A stretch of 64,000 bases of DNA from an uncultured Christensenella sp. (GCA_910578325.1 CAJTQT010000004.1:60581-124580), one strand, 5' to 3'. Shown: positions 27,086-37,766, counted from the stretch's first letter. Notes: generated by a model not told the origin, from the letters alone. Numbers and translations: made by a program.

Positions 27086-28738
27086 TTACTTTTTCCCGAC
27101 TGACTTTCTGGTTTTAATGAGCAATACGCTAAGTACGCAAGCCGCCGCAAAACCTAAACACGCTATTACAAGTGCGGCAGTCACAAGCGCGCTGTCGGCG
27201 TCCTTGCCGTTTATTCCGTCAATACCGTCTTTTCCGTCGGAACCGTCAGAACCGTCTGCGCCGTTCAAGCCTTTAAGACTTTCGAGCCATTCTTCCAAAG
27301 TGCCTTCAAAACCGTTTTCGACGGCTATATCGTATGCCGACTTTCCGTCGCTGCCGTCAATTCCGTCTATTCCGTCAATACCCTTGATGTTTGCGACTTT
27401 TGTCCAGGATTCCGTCTTTCCTTCGTATTTGTACAAATCCGAGGTTGCCGTATCCAGATACAGGTCGCCGTCCTGAACGAACATCTGCGGCGCGCCCTCT
27501 CCCGTAAACCAAAGGGTAGCGACGTTACGTTCGCCGAGATAGGCTTCTCCGTTATCGCCGATAACCACGCTGTAATATCCGTCCGCGCAGAAAACGTTTT
27601 CGGGACTTGCGGTATTTCCGCTTTTCGTATAGTCATACGTAAAGCGCGTGCCGTTTGAACTCTCTATCGGGTCCGGAGAGCCTACCGCGCTTATACCTAT
27701 AACCGTACCCTGCCCGAACACGCCTGCAACCTGAGCGGCTATGCCGTTCAGAACAAGATTCCGTTTGTCGCCGGCAGGGCTGTTGTTGCCGATAATCTTA
27801 GGCGTCCCGTACAGCACGACAGTACCCGACAATGCGTTTACCCCCGTCTGGTTGCCTGAAACCGTTCCTCCCCCGATTTCGATATTCCCCAAAGAAGAAA
27901 TACCGGTGACGTTGCCAGATATTTCACCGCCAATAACCGTAAAAAGGCTCTTATTATGGGCATAATCCACCGTTACACCGACGTTGCACTTTTCTATTTT
28001 TCCGCTCTTTAACTCAAACTCGGACGCCGCAAATATGCCGACCGCGCACTCGCGCACGGTGCCTCCGCGCAATTCCGCCCTTTTTGCGGACTCCGCTTCA
28101 TATATGCCGTACTCGGAGTTTCCGCAAATCAATCCGCCGTAAACGTAAACTTCCGCTTTTTCGGAGATGTATATACCCCTGTTCGCGCCCGCTATCGCGC
28201 CGCCGTACACTTTAAGCGTTCCGCCCGAAACGGACACTGCGTATTCTCCGCCGCAAACGACGCCGCCGTTTATAGCCTTTTCATCGGAAACGTTACCGAA
28301 TATATACTTACCGTTCTGCACTATGTAATTATGTTTACCGCCCGATTTATTGCAATCGCAAATGGTAAGAGCGCCTCCGTCGCGAACTTCGATTGCGATT
28401 GCGGCAACTTCGGCGTCCGCGCCGACGTATTCGAGTTTATGTCCGTTCAGACAAAGCACCGTTTCCGCTGAAACGGTCAAGGTACGGGAAAGCGAAACGT
28501 CCAAGTTCAGAAAATAATTTCCCGCAGAAAGCGTATACTTACTGTCTTCCGAAAAGTAATCCGAGTCTATCGCGGTACCGGATTCGTGAACGCTCTCATC
28601 TCCGCATACGGGATAATCTGCGCCCGCGTCTGCGGCAAAAGCCACGCCGTGATTCAACGTAAGCAACGCCGCTATACATACTACTATCAGCGCGGCGATA
28701 ATAAACGTCAGAAAAACACTTTGAATTTTCGATTTCAT
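27086..28738 (-). CDS. membrane-anchored surface protein: signal peptide, Gly-rich beta-helix-like repeats, tail-fibre-type motif, collagen-like GXY runs, C-terminal TM anchor
   Basis: Start MKSKIQSVFLTFII (ATG 28738, SD GAGG). Repeats such as GGTLKVYGGAIAG, GGEISGN and GGGTVSGN. Then DGDLYLDTATSDLYKYEGKTESWTKVANIKG, GID GID GID GSD GKS, SAYDIAVENGFEGTLEEWLESLKG, GLN GAD GSD GSD GKD GID GIN GKD, a hydrophobic helix and KTRKSVGKK. Confidence 0.75.
   Translation of the reverse strand: MKSKIQSVFLTFIIAALIVVCIAALLTLNHGVAFAADAGADYPVCGDESVHESGTAIDSDYFSEDSKYTLSAGNYFLNLDVSLSRTLTVSAETVLCLNGHKLEYVGADAEVAAIAIEVRDGGALTICDCNKSGGKHNYIVQNGKYIFGNVSDEKAINGGVVCGGEYAVSVSGGTLKVYGGAIAGANRGIYISEKAEVYVYGGLICGNSEYGIYEAESAKRAELRGGTVRECAVGIFAASEFELKSGKIEKCNVGVTVDYAHNKSLFTVIGGEISGNVTGISSLGNIEIGGGTVSGNQTGVNALSGTVVLYGTPKIIGNNSPAGDKRNLVLNGIAAQVAGVFGQGTVIGISAVGSPDPIESSNGTRFTYDYTKSGNTASPENVFCADGYYSVVIGDNGEAYLGERNVATLWFTGEGAPQMFVQDGDLYLDTATSDLYKYEGKTESWTKVANIKGIDGIDGIDGSDGKSAYDIAVENGFEGTLEEWLESLKGLNGADGSDGSDGKDGIDGINGKDADSALVTAALVIACLGFAAACVLSVLLIKTRKSVGKK
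27200..27385 (-). repeat. two short collagen-like GXY-coding tandem-repeat tracts (9-nt periodicity)
   Basis: The plus strand shows ccgtcaat(t/a)cc / ccgtc(t/a)(a/g)(t/a)(t/a)cc units, for example gtcaattccgtctattccgtcaatacc at 27355-27381 and ccgtcggaaccgtcagaaccgtc at about 27233-27255. Confidence 0.7.
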
Positions 28739-28932
28739 ATCAACCTCGATTTTCTTTGTATAATAATTGTCGCATAAAGATTCTATATGCAATTCTCTCT
28801 GCGGTCAACGGATTTAGGTTGGGATATTTATGGAAATTAGCCTCTCAACGGACATTATGTATCCGTAAAGTCCTCTTTCGGTAAAATATCCGCGGCAGAA
28901 CTAAGGATGCGTAATATCGATTCCTTTCACGC

Positions 28933-30042
<1,110 letters not shown>

Positions 30043-30071
30043 TCACCTTAAAAATTTTTTTCTCTTTAAAC

Positions 30072-31124
30072 TCAAACGAAGAACGAACTGTCTCCGAACG
30101 AGAAAAATCTGTATTTCTCCCCGACAGCCTCTTCGTACACACGCAACGTATTTTCTCTGCCGGCAAATGCCGACACCAGCATAATGAGCGTACTCTCGGG
30201 CAAGTGGAAGTTGGTGATCAGACCTTTGACGCATTTAAAACGATATCCGGGATATATGAAGATATCCGTCTCGCCTTTGCTCGGTTTTACGTAACCGTTC
30301 TCGTCTGCGACGGATTCCAGAGTTCGTACGCTTGTCGTGCCCACGCAAATAACCCGCCTGCCCTCCGATATCGCGCTGTTGATTTTTCGCGCCGCGTCGT
30401 CATCGATCTCATAATACTCTGTGTGCATCTTGTGATCGAGTATATTCTCTTCTTTTACAGGACGGAACGTGCCCAGTCCTATATGCAGCAAAACCGTTGC
30501 AAATTCCACGCCGAGTTCTTTAAGTTGCGTCATAAGTTCGGGAGTAAAGTGCAATCCGGCGGTTGGAGCGGCGGCAGAGCCGTCCACTTTGCTGTACACC
30601 GTCTGATATCTTTCCTTATCCTGCAACCGCTCTTTGATATAAGGCGGCAGAGGCATATTCCCCACCTTATCGAGAATATCTTCAAAAACCCCGTCAAATT
30701 GAAATTCAACCGTTCTTGCGCCGTATTCGCCTATACCTGTCACAACCGCTCTCAACCCCTCTGCATAATGAATCACACTTCCCAGACGCGCTTTGCGGGC
30801 GGGTTTCATTATAGTCTCCCAGCGGGTATAGTCGAGACGTTTTAGAAGAAGAGTTTCGAGCACGCTTTCTCGGTTTTCTATATGCCCGAAAATTCGCGCG
30901 GGGATAACCCTCGTGTTGTTTATTACAAGCAAATCGCCTTTTTTCAAAAAGGAAGGCAAATCGTAAAAATGTCTGTGTAAAATCTCGTCTTTCGCTCTGT
31001 CGTAAACAAGCAGGCGCGAACTGTCGCGAGGCTCCGCGGGAGTCTGCGCTATAAGTTCTTCCGGCAATTCGTAAAAGAAATCGTGCGTCGATAGCGATTT
31101 CGCGTTTTTGTCTTCGTTCTGCAT
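30072..31124 (-). CDS. queA: S-adenosylmethionine:tRNA ribosyltransferase-isomerase
   Basis: FDYELPEELIAQ-type N-terminus, PLPPYI, AAPTAGLHFT and VGTTS. Confidence 0.97.
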   Translation of the reverse strand: MQNEDKNAKSLSTHDFFYELPEELIAQTPAEPRDSSRLLVYDRAKDEILHRHFYDLPSFLKKGDLLVINNTRVIPARIFGHIENRESVLETLLLKRLDYTRWETIMKPARKARLGSVIHYAEGLRAVVTGIGEYGARTVEFQFDGVFEDILDKVGNMPLPPYIKERLQDKERYQTVYSKVDGSAAAPTAGLHFTPELMTQLKELGVEFATVLLHIGLGTFRPVKEENILDHKMHTEYYEIDDDAARKINSAISEGRRVICVGTTSVRTLESVADENGYVKPSKGETDIFIYPGYRFKCVKGLITNFHLPESTLIMLVSAFAGRENTLRVYEEAVGEKYRFFSFGDSSFFV

Positions 31125-31191
31125 AATCCGTATATTTATCTTTTCGTTCTATTTCATAAACCGCTTATTTTGCGATATAAGTCTTAGAAGT

Positions 31192-32238
31192 TCATTCCGT
31201 TTGATACTTTTTCCCCAGATGTTCGTACGCATTCGCCGTACAGGTTCTCCCCCTCGGCGTACGGGTAATAAATCCCAGTTGTATGAGGAACGGTTCAACC
31301 ACGTCCTCTATCGTCGAAGCCTCTTCCCCCGTTGCGGCTGCAAGCGTATCAAGCCCGACGGGACCGCCGCCGAATTTTTCGATAATCGCTTCGAGCACAG
31401 TCCTGTCCGTAACGTCGAGTCCCAGATCGTCCACGTCCATAAGCGTAAGGGCTTTTCTGGTTATCGAAAAATTGATGCGGTCGAGTTTTTCATACTGCGC
31501 AAAGTCGCGCACTCTTCTTAAAAGTCTGTTCGCAATTCGCGGCGTGCCCCGGCTGCGCTTTGCCAGTTCGAGCGCGGCGTCGGCGTCAATAGGGATCCCG
31601 AGTATCCTCGCCGAGCGCGTAATAATGCTCATAAGTTCCTCCGGACTGTACATTTCAAGTCTGAGCATCATACCGAAACGGTCGCGCAACGGACTCGAAA
31701 GCATACCTGCACGGGTTGTCGCTCCTATGAGCGTAAATCTTTTCAGCGGCAGTCTTATGCTCCGCGCCATCGGACCTTTCCCCGAAACGAAATCCAAAGA
31801 GAAATCCTCCATAGCGGGATAAAGCACTTCTTCTATATTTCTGTTGAGCCTGTGTATTTCGTCGATAAAGAGAATATCGCCTTTTTCAAGGTTCGTCAAA
31901 ATTGCCGCAAGGTCGGCGGCGCGCTCGATAGCAGGTCCGCTGGTCACGCGGATCTGCGAGCCGAGTTCGCAGGCTATGACATGCGCAAGAGTGGTTTTTC
32001 CTAGACCGGGAGGACCGTAAAGCAGAACGTGGTCAAGCGCGTCCTTTCTCTCTTTTGCGGCGGTGATATATACGTCGAGATTCTTTTTGATTTTAGACTG
32101 TCCCACGTATTCCGACATAGTATGCGGCCGAAGGGAATTTTCAGCCTCGTCGTCCTCTATCGTCAGACTGCTTACAAGTCTGTTATCGAGATCGCCGCTA
32201 TCGGCGCTATTCTCTTTTGAAAACTGTGATTTTATCAT
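31192..32238 (-). CDS. ruvB: Holliday junction branch-migration helicase RuvB
   Basis: LRP..L.EYVGQ, Walker [20 protein letters not shown] and RTPRGR. Confidence 0.97.
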   Translation of the reverse strand: MIKSQFSKENSADSGDLDNRLVSSLTIEDDEAENSLRPHTMSEYVGQSKIKKNLDVYITAAKERKDALDHVLLYGPPGLGKTTLAHVIACELGSQIRVTSGPAIERAADLAAILTNLEKGDILFIDEIHRLNRNIEEVLYPAMEDFSLDFVSGKGPMARSIRLPLKRFTLIGATTRAGMLSSPLRDRFGMMLRLEMYSPEELMSIITRSARILGIPIDADAALELAKRSRGTPRIANRLLRRVRDFAQYEKLDRINFSITRKALTLMDVDDLGLDVTDRTVLEAIIEKFGGGPVGLDTLAAATGEEASTIEDVVEPFLIQLGFITRTPRGRTCTANAYEHLGKKYQTE

Positions 32239-32277
32239 ATAATCCTCATTTATAAGGTTTGACTTTGAGCAAAAGCG

Positions 32278-32862
32278 TTATCCGAGTTTCTTTAAGCAAT
32301 ACGCTATTATATTCTCCGCTCCGCTGACTTCCTTTTTCGCTTCGCTTACTGCGCGTACGGCGTCGGTTTTGGAAATTCCCAAAGATTCGAGCGCAAACAC
32401 CGCGTCCGCAACGTCGTCTCCCGCAATCGCGCCGCCGCCCGAAGCGTCCGTTCCCGCAACGTCTTCCGCCGCCGCGTCGCGGAGATTGAGCACAATAAGT
32501 TCGGCTGTCTTTTTGCCCAGTCCCTTTATCTTGCATAACGTCTTTACGTCGCCGCTCGCAATTGCGACCGTCAACGTTCTGAGGTCGTAACCTCCCAGTA
32601 TCTGCATCGCCATTTTAGGTCCTATTCCGCTTATATCGATAAGTCTGAGAAAAAGCCTTTTTTCCTCTTCGCGGGAAAACCCGTACAGCGACATCTCGTC
32701 TTCCCGCACGTAGAGATAGGTATATATTTTTACAATCTCGCCCGCGTCAACGTCAAAAAGCGTATTTCCGCTTACGCCGAGTTCATATCCTATTCCGTTG
32801 TTTTCTACCACAAGTCCGTTCGACGTTTTTCCGACGACCTTGCCGATAATATAATTGTACAT
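32278..32862 (-). CDS. ruvA: Holliday junction DNA-binding protein RuvA
   Basis: N-terminal OB fold (MYNYIIGKV), HhH motifs (ISGIGPKMA, IKGLGKKTAE) and a C-terminal domain III. Confidence 0.93.
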   Translation of the reverse strand: MYNYIIGKVVGKTSNGLVVENNGIGYELGVSGNTLFDVDAGEIVKIYTYLYVREDEMSLYGFSREEEKRLFLRLIDISGIGPKMAMQILGGYDLRTLTVAIASGDVKTLCKIKGLGKKTAELIVLNLRDAAAEDVAGTDASGGGAIAGDDVADAVFALESLGISKTDAVRAVSEAKKEVSGAENIIAYCLKKLG

Positions 32863-32883
32863 ATCTCACCTTTATGTTTTTGT

Positions 32884-33381
32884 TCAGTTTATTTTGAAAG
32901 ACGTGGACATTCTGCTGGTCTGCGCGTGGCACAGCGCAACCGCAAGCGCGTCCGCCGCGTCGTCCGGACGGGGTACGCTTCTCAGCCTGAGCAATGCCTG
33001 CACCATATGCTGCATCTGCATTTTATCCGCCGCGCCGTAGCCTGTTATCGCCTGCTTTATCTGATTAGGAGTATACTCGTACACCTCGTCTTTAAGGCTT
33101 TTGACCGCCGTCAGAAGAATAACGCCTCTCGCTTCTGCCACGGGTATGCCCGTAGTGATGTTCTTGCTGAAAAACAGTTCCTCTATGGCGATATTTTCGG
33201 GTTTGAAAGTTTCAATCAACTCCTTTACGCCATCTTCGAGTTGGCACAGCCTCTGCGGTAACGTACACTCTTTCGGAGTCGTAACAACGCCGTAATCGAC
33301 AACTTTAAAGTTGCCGTGCACCGCGTCTATAACACCGTAGCCCATAGTGGCAAGTCCGGGATCTATGCCTAAGATTATCAT
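32884..33381 (-). CDS. ruvC: crossover junction endodeoxyribonuclease RuvC
   Basis: ILGIDPGLATMGYGVI, IEELFF and DAADALAVALCH catalytic acidic residues. Confidence 0.93.
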   Translation of the reverse strand: MIILGIDPGLATMGYGVIDAVHGNFKVVDYGVVTTPKECTLPQRLCQLEDGVKELIETFKPENIAIEELFFSKNITTGIPVAEARGVILLTAVKSLKDEVYEYTPNQIKQAITGYGAADKMQMQHMVQALLRLRSVPRPDDAADALAVALCHAQTSRMSTSFKIN

Positions 33382-33390
33382 AAGCGCGAA

Positions 33391-34461
33391 TCACCTCAGT
33401 ATACTGTTCTCGCTTGCGAAATCGTAAAGATTCGCATATCGCAGGTCGGGCAACGTACAGACTTTATCGGCCTTTCCGTCTTTTCTGACCCTCGCGCCGC
33501 TTTCCGTATGCAAAACGTATTTTTCGCCGTCGCGCAAAGCGTATATCACGTTTTCGGTTCTTTCTCCGTGCTCGGCGAATTTATCCGAATTCCATCCTAC
33601 GAATATATCCTTATCCTCATATCCGTACGCGAGTCTGTCAGCGAATATTTCAGCGTCTATAACGAACTCTCTCGCTTCTTCCGTCGGAGTCTCGACACCG
33701 AGCACAAGAGTCAGTCTTCCGTTTCGGCGTTCCAGACGCGCCCTTTCGAATCTGTAATCCGAGTCCAACGCCTGCGCCGCCCATATATTCGAAGGCTCCC
33801 TGCGGATATCTTCTAATGTTCCTATCTGCTTTATCTCGCCGTAGTGCATCACCGCGATTCTGTCGGCGACGGACAACGCCTCGTCCGCATATTCGGTGGC
33901 GTACACCACGCTCACGCCCGCCTTTGCCTTCTCGACAAAAACAGGAGCGATTTCCCGCCAGAGCAGTTCCGCCTCATCTCGCGCGAGTCCGCTTGTTATG
34001 TCGTCCGCAAGCAGAACCGAATATTCTCTCACAAACAACCTTGCCGCGCTCAAACGCTTTACGTCTATAAGCGGCATTTTACTGACTTTTTCATACAGGC
34101 ACGCCGTTATGCCCATTCTCTGCGCGGCATATTTTACACGCCTGTCTATCTCAGGCTTCTCCATTCCTCTCACTCTGAGCGGATAAGCCAGATTATAATA
34201 AAAACTTCTGTTTTTGAATACCGCCGAATCGTCAAACAGCATAATAACGTTGTCGGGGCGTTTTTCAATCGGCTCGCCGTCTATGAGGATTACGCCGTCG
34301 AAATCGGTTATGCCTGCAATCGCCTTTAACAACGTAGTCTTGCCGCTCCCTTTATCGCCGAGAAGAGCGACGGTTTCTCCGTCGCCTACCCTCATATCGA
34401 AAGTGCCTATCGCCCTCGCCCCGTACAGATACTGTTTGGAAACGCCAGTAAGTTCTATCAT
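33391..34461 (-). CDS. MalK/UgpC-like ABC nucleotide-binding protein with degenerate catalytic motifs and a C-terminal regulatory domain; no permease nearby
   Basis: Walker A GDKGSGKTT is intact. Q-loop reads LFDD (Q to D), the signature reads PLIDV instead of LSGGQ, Walker B reads LLADD (DE to DD) and the switch reads YATEY (H to E). Confidence 0.8.
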   Translation of the reverse strand: MIELTGVSKQYLYGARAIGTFDMRVGDGETVALLGDKGSGKTTLLKAIAGITDFDGVILIDGEPIEKRPDNVIMLFDDSAVFKNRSFYYNLAYPLRVRGMEKPEIDRRVKYAAQRMGITACLYEKVSKMPLIDVKRLSAARLFVREYSVLLADDITSGLARDEAELLWREIAPVFVEKAKAGVSVVYATEYADEALSVADRIAVMHYGEIKQIGTLEDIRREPSNIWAAQALDSDYRFERARLERRNGRLTLVLGVETPTEEAREFVIDAEIFADRLAYGYEDKDIFVGWNSDKFAEHGERTENVIYALRDGEKYVLHTESGARVRKDGKADKVCTLPDLRYANLYDFASENSILR

Positions 34462-34463
34462 AG

Positions 34464-35042
34464 TTACAGAATATCCAGCGACGAGTTGAACCCGTCCATA
34501 AAGTTGTCGAGGAAATAACCCAGTTCGGGATAATTCACCCGCGTTTCGTCAAGCACTTTTTGCAGACGGTTGAACGCCTTATCGAACTCGCGGTTTCCAA
34601 GTAGCCTTTCTTCAGAACACTTGACGTAAGCGGACAGTTTGTCCGCGATTTTCATAATTTTGTATTCTTCGCTGTTCTCGTCGGGTTCAATATACTCTCT
34701 GTACACACCTTGCAGTTGGACGGGAAGCGAATCGAGCAGTCTCTCGTTGATCGCGTCTTCGATTTCCGCATACGCGCCTTTTATGCTGGAATTATAGTAC
34801 TTGACGGGAGTAGGCAAATCTCCGCTTACCACTTCCGCCGTATCGTGATAAAGCGCAAGCGACGCGATTTTGTCCACGTTGACGTTTCCGCCGTACAGCG
34901 TATTGCGGATTATCCCGAGCGCCTGTCCGAATATCGCGACGGACGCAGAATGCTGCATCAGGTCCTCTTTGATATTCGAGCGCATCAGATTCCAACGCTG
35001 TATGAGTTTCATTCTGTTCATAAATGCATAAAAAGCGTACAT
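34464..35042 (-). CDS. HD-domain 5'-deoxynucleotidase (YfbR-like)
   Basis: RWNLMRSNIKEDLMQHSASVA...LYHDTAEVVSGDLPTPVKY matches the YfbR family. SD AGAGGTGA. Confidence 0.8.
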   Translation of the reverse strand: MYAFYAFMNRMKLIQRWNLMRSNIKEDLMQHSASVAIFGQALGIIRNTLYGGNVNVDKIASLALYHDTAEVVSGDLPTPVKYYNSSIKGAYAEIEDAINERLLDSLPVQLQGVYREYIEPDENSEEYKIMKIADKLSAYVKCSEERLLGNREFDKAFNRLQKVLDETRVNYPELGYFLDNFMDGFNSSLDIL

Positions 35043-35195
35043 ATTTCACCTCTGTTTTCCGAAGAACCCCTCTTCCGCGCGCCCGCCTCAGAAAGGCAAA
35101 CGCACGGACAAAAGTATCTTTTTCGGATTTTACAATGCAATTATGCCATTTGCGCCGTCCCGTTTTCGGGACAGACAACAACAGTTACTTCAAAT

Positions 35196-36587
35196 TCAGA
35201 TTATATACTTTTCGTTCTTTTTCGGCGCGCTTTCCAGTTCCGCCTTTTTAGCCTCGTAGCCTTTGCGGTCAAACATAGCGTAAGTGGCGTTTTTGCCTTC
35301 TTCTACGCCGGGTTGATTGAAAGTATCGATATTCAGCATCTTTCCGCAATATGCGGTTTCGAGTTGGAAGAACATCAGAAGTTGTCCGATCGAGCGCGCG
35401 TTGACTTCGTCGAGAAGTATTGTTCTGTTCATATGTTTGGAGCGCGTAAGCGCGTATTCGGTAGCCCTGCGTTCGGTGTTTATAAGTTCGCCCATAGTAT
35501 GTCCGCAGAGGAAGTTGACGTCCGCGAACTGCTCCGCGCCGTTTGCAATCTGCACGTCTTTTCTGAACTTCTCTACGCCTATGATCGTAATAACCTTGTC
35601 GAACGGACCTTCCGTATAAAGTTGAACCTGTGAATGCTGATCCGTTACGCCGAGTGCTTTGACGGGAGTCTGTCCCTTGTGCACGGTATTCCCGTCAAAG
35701 TCCACCGCCTTGCCAAGACTCTCGCCCCAGAGTTGACAGTACCAGTCCGCCATAAGTTTGAGGGAGTCGGCATACGGCATCATAACGGACACGTTCTTGC
35801 CCATTTCTTCCATTGCGATATACTGTAAAACCGCCGCCATAAGCGCGGGATTTTTATACGGGTCGGAACCGTTGCACTTTTTATCCATTTCCGCCGCGCC
35901 GACGAGAAGTCCGATGATATCGATGCCTAAAACCGCCGCGGGAAGAAGTCCCACCGGGCACAGTTCGCTGAATCTTCCGCCAACTCCGTCTGGTATGTAA
36001 TATGTCTTGAATCCCTCTTCCTTTGCAAGTTTGATGAGATTGCCTTTGCTTTCAGACGTAGTTGCGATAATGTGCTTAGCCCAGTCCTTTCCGCATTTCT
36101 TTTTGAGAATATCGGTGATTATAAGATACTGGCTCATAGTTTCGGAAGTCGCGCCGCTCTTTGTAACGACGTTGAACATCGTCTCAGCAGGGTCGATAAC
36201 GTCGAGCAAGGCTATCATTCTTTCGGGGTCCACGTTGTCCTCTACGTAGAATTTCACCCCGCGCTTGCTTTCGTCGAGTTCGTTGTATCTCAAATGGCAG
36301 AGCGCGTTGAAAACCGCCATAGGACCGAGCGCGCTTCCGCCTATGCCCAGAACTACGAAATTCTTGAATTTGGCGCGAACCTCCGCCGCCGTAACAATTA
36401 TGTCGCGGACGGTATCTTCCTGATTGTACGGAAGTTCCGACCAGCCCATCCAACCCGTGCCGCGGTTTTTCTCGAAATAAGTATACGCGTCCTCTGTCTT
36501 TGCACGCACCGCTTCGATCTGCTTTTCGGTTATGCCCTGCTCGCCGATATAAGCGTCCATCATATTGTTGAAATCGAATTTTATCAT
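35196..36587 (-). CDS. pgi: glucose-6-phosphate isomerase
   Basis: Firmicute-type PGI (about 450 aa) with GIGGSALGP, TKSGATSET and LGESLGK. Confidence 0.93.
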   Translation of the reverse strand: MIKFDFNNMMDAYIGEQGITEKQIEAVRAKTEDAYTYFEKNRGTGWMGWSELPYNQEDTVRDIIVTAAEVRAKFKNFVVLGIGGSALGPMAVFNALCHLRYNELDESKRGVKFYVEDNVDPERMIALLDVIDPAETMFNVVTKSGATSETMSQYLIITDILKKKCGKDWAKHIIATTSESKGNLIKLAKEEGFKTYYIPDGVGGRFSELCPVGLLPAAVLGIDIIGLLVGAAEMDKKCNGSDPYKNPALMAAVLQYIAMEEMGKNVSVMMPYADSLKLMADWYCQLWGESLGKAVDFDGNTVHKGQTPVKALGVTDQHSQVQLYTEGPFDKVITIIGVEKFRKDVQIANGAEQFADVNFLCGHTMGELINTERRATEYALTRSKHMNRTILLDEVNARSIGQLLMFFQLETAYCGKMLNIDTFNQPGVEEGKNATYAMFDRKGYEAKKAELESAPKKNEKYII

Positions 36588-37372
36588 AAATTGCCTCCGA
36601 TAAGATTTTTAAGATATTCCACCGACTGCGCCACTTCGCCGTAGCCGTCGTAGTTTTTTGCATACTGTTCGATTATCAAAGGTCCGTCGTAACCGACGTC
36701 TGTTAACCGTTCTATCAGTTCGCCAAAAGGGAACACGCCTCTGCCAACCATAGTTATCTCGCCGTTTTCGTCCACGTCGCTAAGATGCACGTTTTTGAGC
36801 GTACCCGCCATTACGTCGAGGTATTCGCGCCAGTCGTAGCCGGACTGTCTCGCCTGTTTTATATCGAGCACGCAGCCGCAACCCTCCGAATACTTTTTCA
36901 TTTCCGCATAAAACGACGGAGTATTGAACGTCGCCCAGTGTACGTTTTCAAGGCAAAGCGAAATGCCGTACTCCCTCGCCGTTTCACCGAGTTCCCGCAT
37001 TCGCATTCCCACCGTTTCAGGATTGAAATACGCATTTCTTTTAAGGCGGGAAAGCCCGTGAAAAGTGTAAACCTGCGCGCCGAGTTTCTGCCCGACAGCA
37101 AGCACCTTGCGAAACATACCTTCCGCCTCGCTTCGAGTACGCGGCGCAAGATTGAACAACTGCGGTTCAAACTGGGTGTTGAGAGAATGTACCGAATATA
37201 CATCAACATTCCCCTTTCTTTCAACCAGCAAATCGGCAAAATCGGGTTCGTACTCGCTGTAAGTAGTCAGAAATACCTCGCAGGTTTCCCCTCCACAACG
37301 CTGAATGACCGAGAACGTGTTCTCGGTCAATTCTTTCAGAAAAAATGTTGCGGTCGATATTCCGACTTTCAC
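36584..37372 (-). CDS. sugar phosphate isomerase/epimerase (xylose-isomerase-like TIM barrel)
   Basis: AP_endonuc_2-type pattern (FHG, LCLENV, HLSD, IIEQ). The stop overlaps the pgi start (ATGA). Confidence 0.8.
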   Translation of the reverse strand: MKVGISTATFFLKELTENTFSVIQRCGGETCEVFLTTYSEYEPDFADLLVERKGNVDVYSVHSLNTQFEPQLFNLAPRTRSEAEGMFRKVLAVGQKLGAQVYTFHGLSRLKRNAYFNPETVGMRMRELGETAREYGISLCLENVHWATFNTPSFYAEMKKYSEGCGCVLDIKQARQSGYDWREYLDVMAGTLKNVHLSDVDENGEITMVGRGVFPFGELIERLTDVGYDGPLIIEQYAKNYDGYGEVAQSVEYLKNLIGGNL

Positions 37373-37375
37373 CTT

Positions 37376-37708
37376 TTATCCCTCGCTTTCGTCATAAACA
37401 TTAGCGGTGCCTTTTTTGTTTCTGCCCCAGATGTCCTTTTGTTTTCTCATCTGTCCGAGAAGGCGCGGAATCACGACGTCTACGTTATCGAACGGAGAAT
37501 CGGACTGCGCCTCGGCGCGATAAGTCTGTCCGCGGGTCACGACCGTCAGATCAGTCGAATACACTCCGTTTTCAAAAGTGACGGTAAATTTCACCTGTGC
37601 GTCCCCGTCTTTCGAAACGCGACGTCTGAGTTTTGCGCATTTCTTTTCGGTGACCGCTTTGAGTGAGTCGCTGGGATTGTAGTTCTTGCCGTAAATTTCA
37701 AGTTTCAT
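37376..37708 (-). CDS. hpf: ribosome hibernation factor, short form (HPF/RaiA S30AE domain only)
   Basis: MKLEIYGKNYNPSDSLKAVTEKKCAKL...YRAEAQSDSPFDNVDVVIPRL. 110 aa with no C-terminal dimerisation domain. Confidence 0.8.
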   Translation of the reverse strand: MKLEIYGKNYNPSDSLKAVTEKKCAKLRRRVSKDGDAQVKFTVTFENGVYSTDLTVVTRGQTYRAEAQSDSPFDNVDVVIPRLLGQMRKQKDIWGRNKKGTANVYDESEG

Positions 37709-37737
37709 AATTCAGCCTCCTCGCTTTTGTTTACATT

Positions 37738-37766
37738 ATTATATCAAATAAACTTAATATATTCAA
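37738..37766 (-). promoter_or_regulatory. putative sigma-A promoter of the hpf-TIM-pgi unit
   Basis: Minus strand reads TTGAAT, 17 nt, TATAAT, about 30 nt upstream of the hpf ATG. Confidence 0.5.

Noticed and set aside
27200-27385. Short tandem repeats that might be mistaken for a CRISPR or minisatellite array
   Set aside because: The 9-nt periodicity is in frame within a CDS and encodes Gly-X-Y triplets. There are no spacers or CRISPR-like repeat length.
32246-32536. Arg/Gly-rich 96-aa ORF in an alternative frame of ruvA
   Set aside because: It is an out-of-frame overlap inside ruvA with low-complexity translation.
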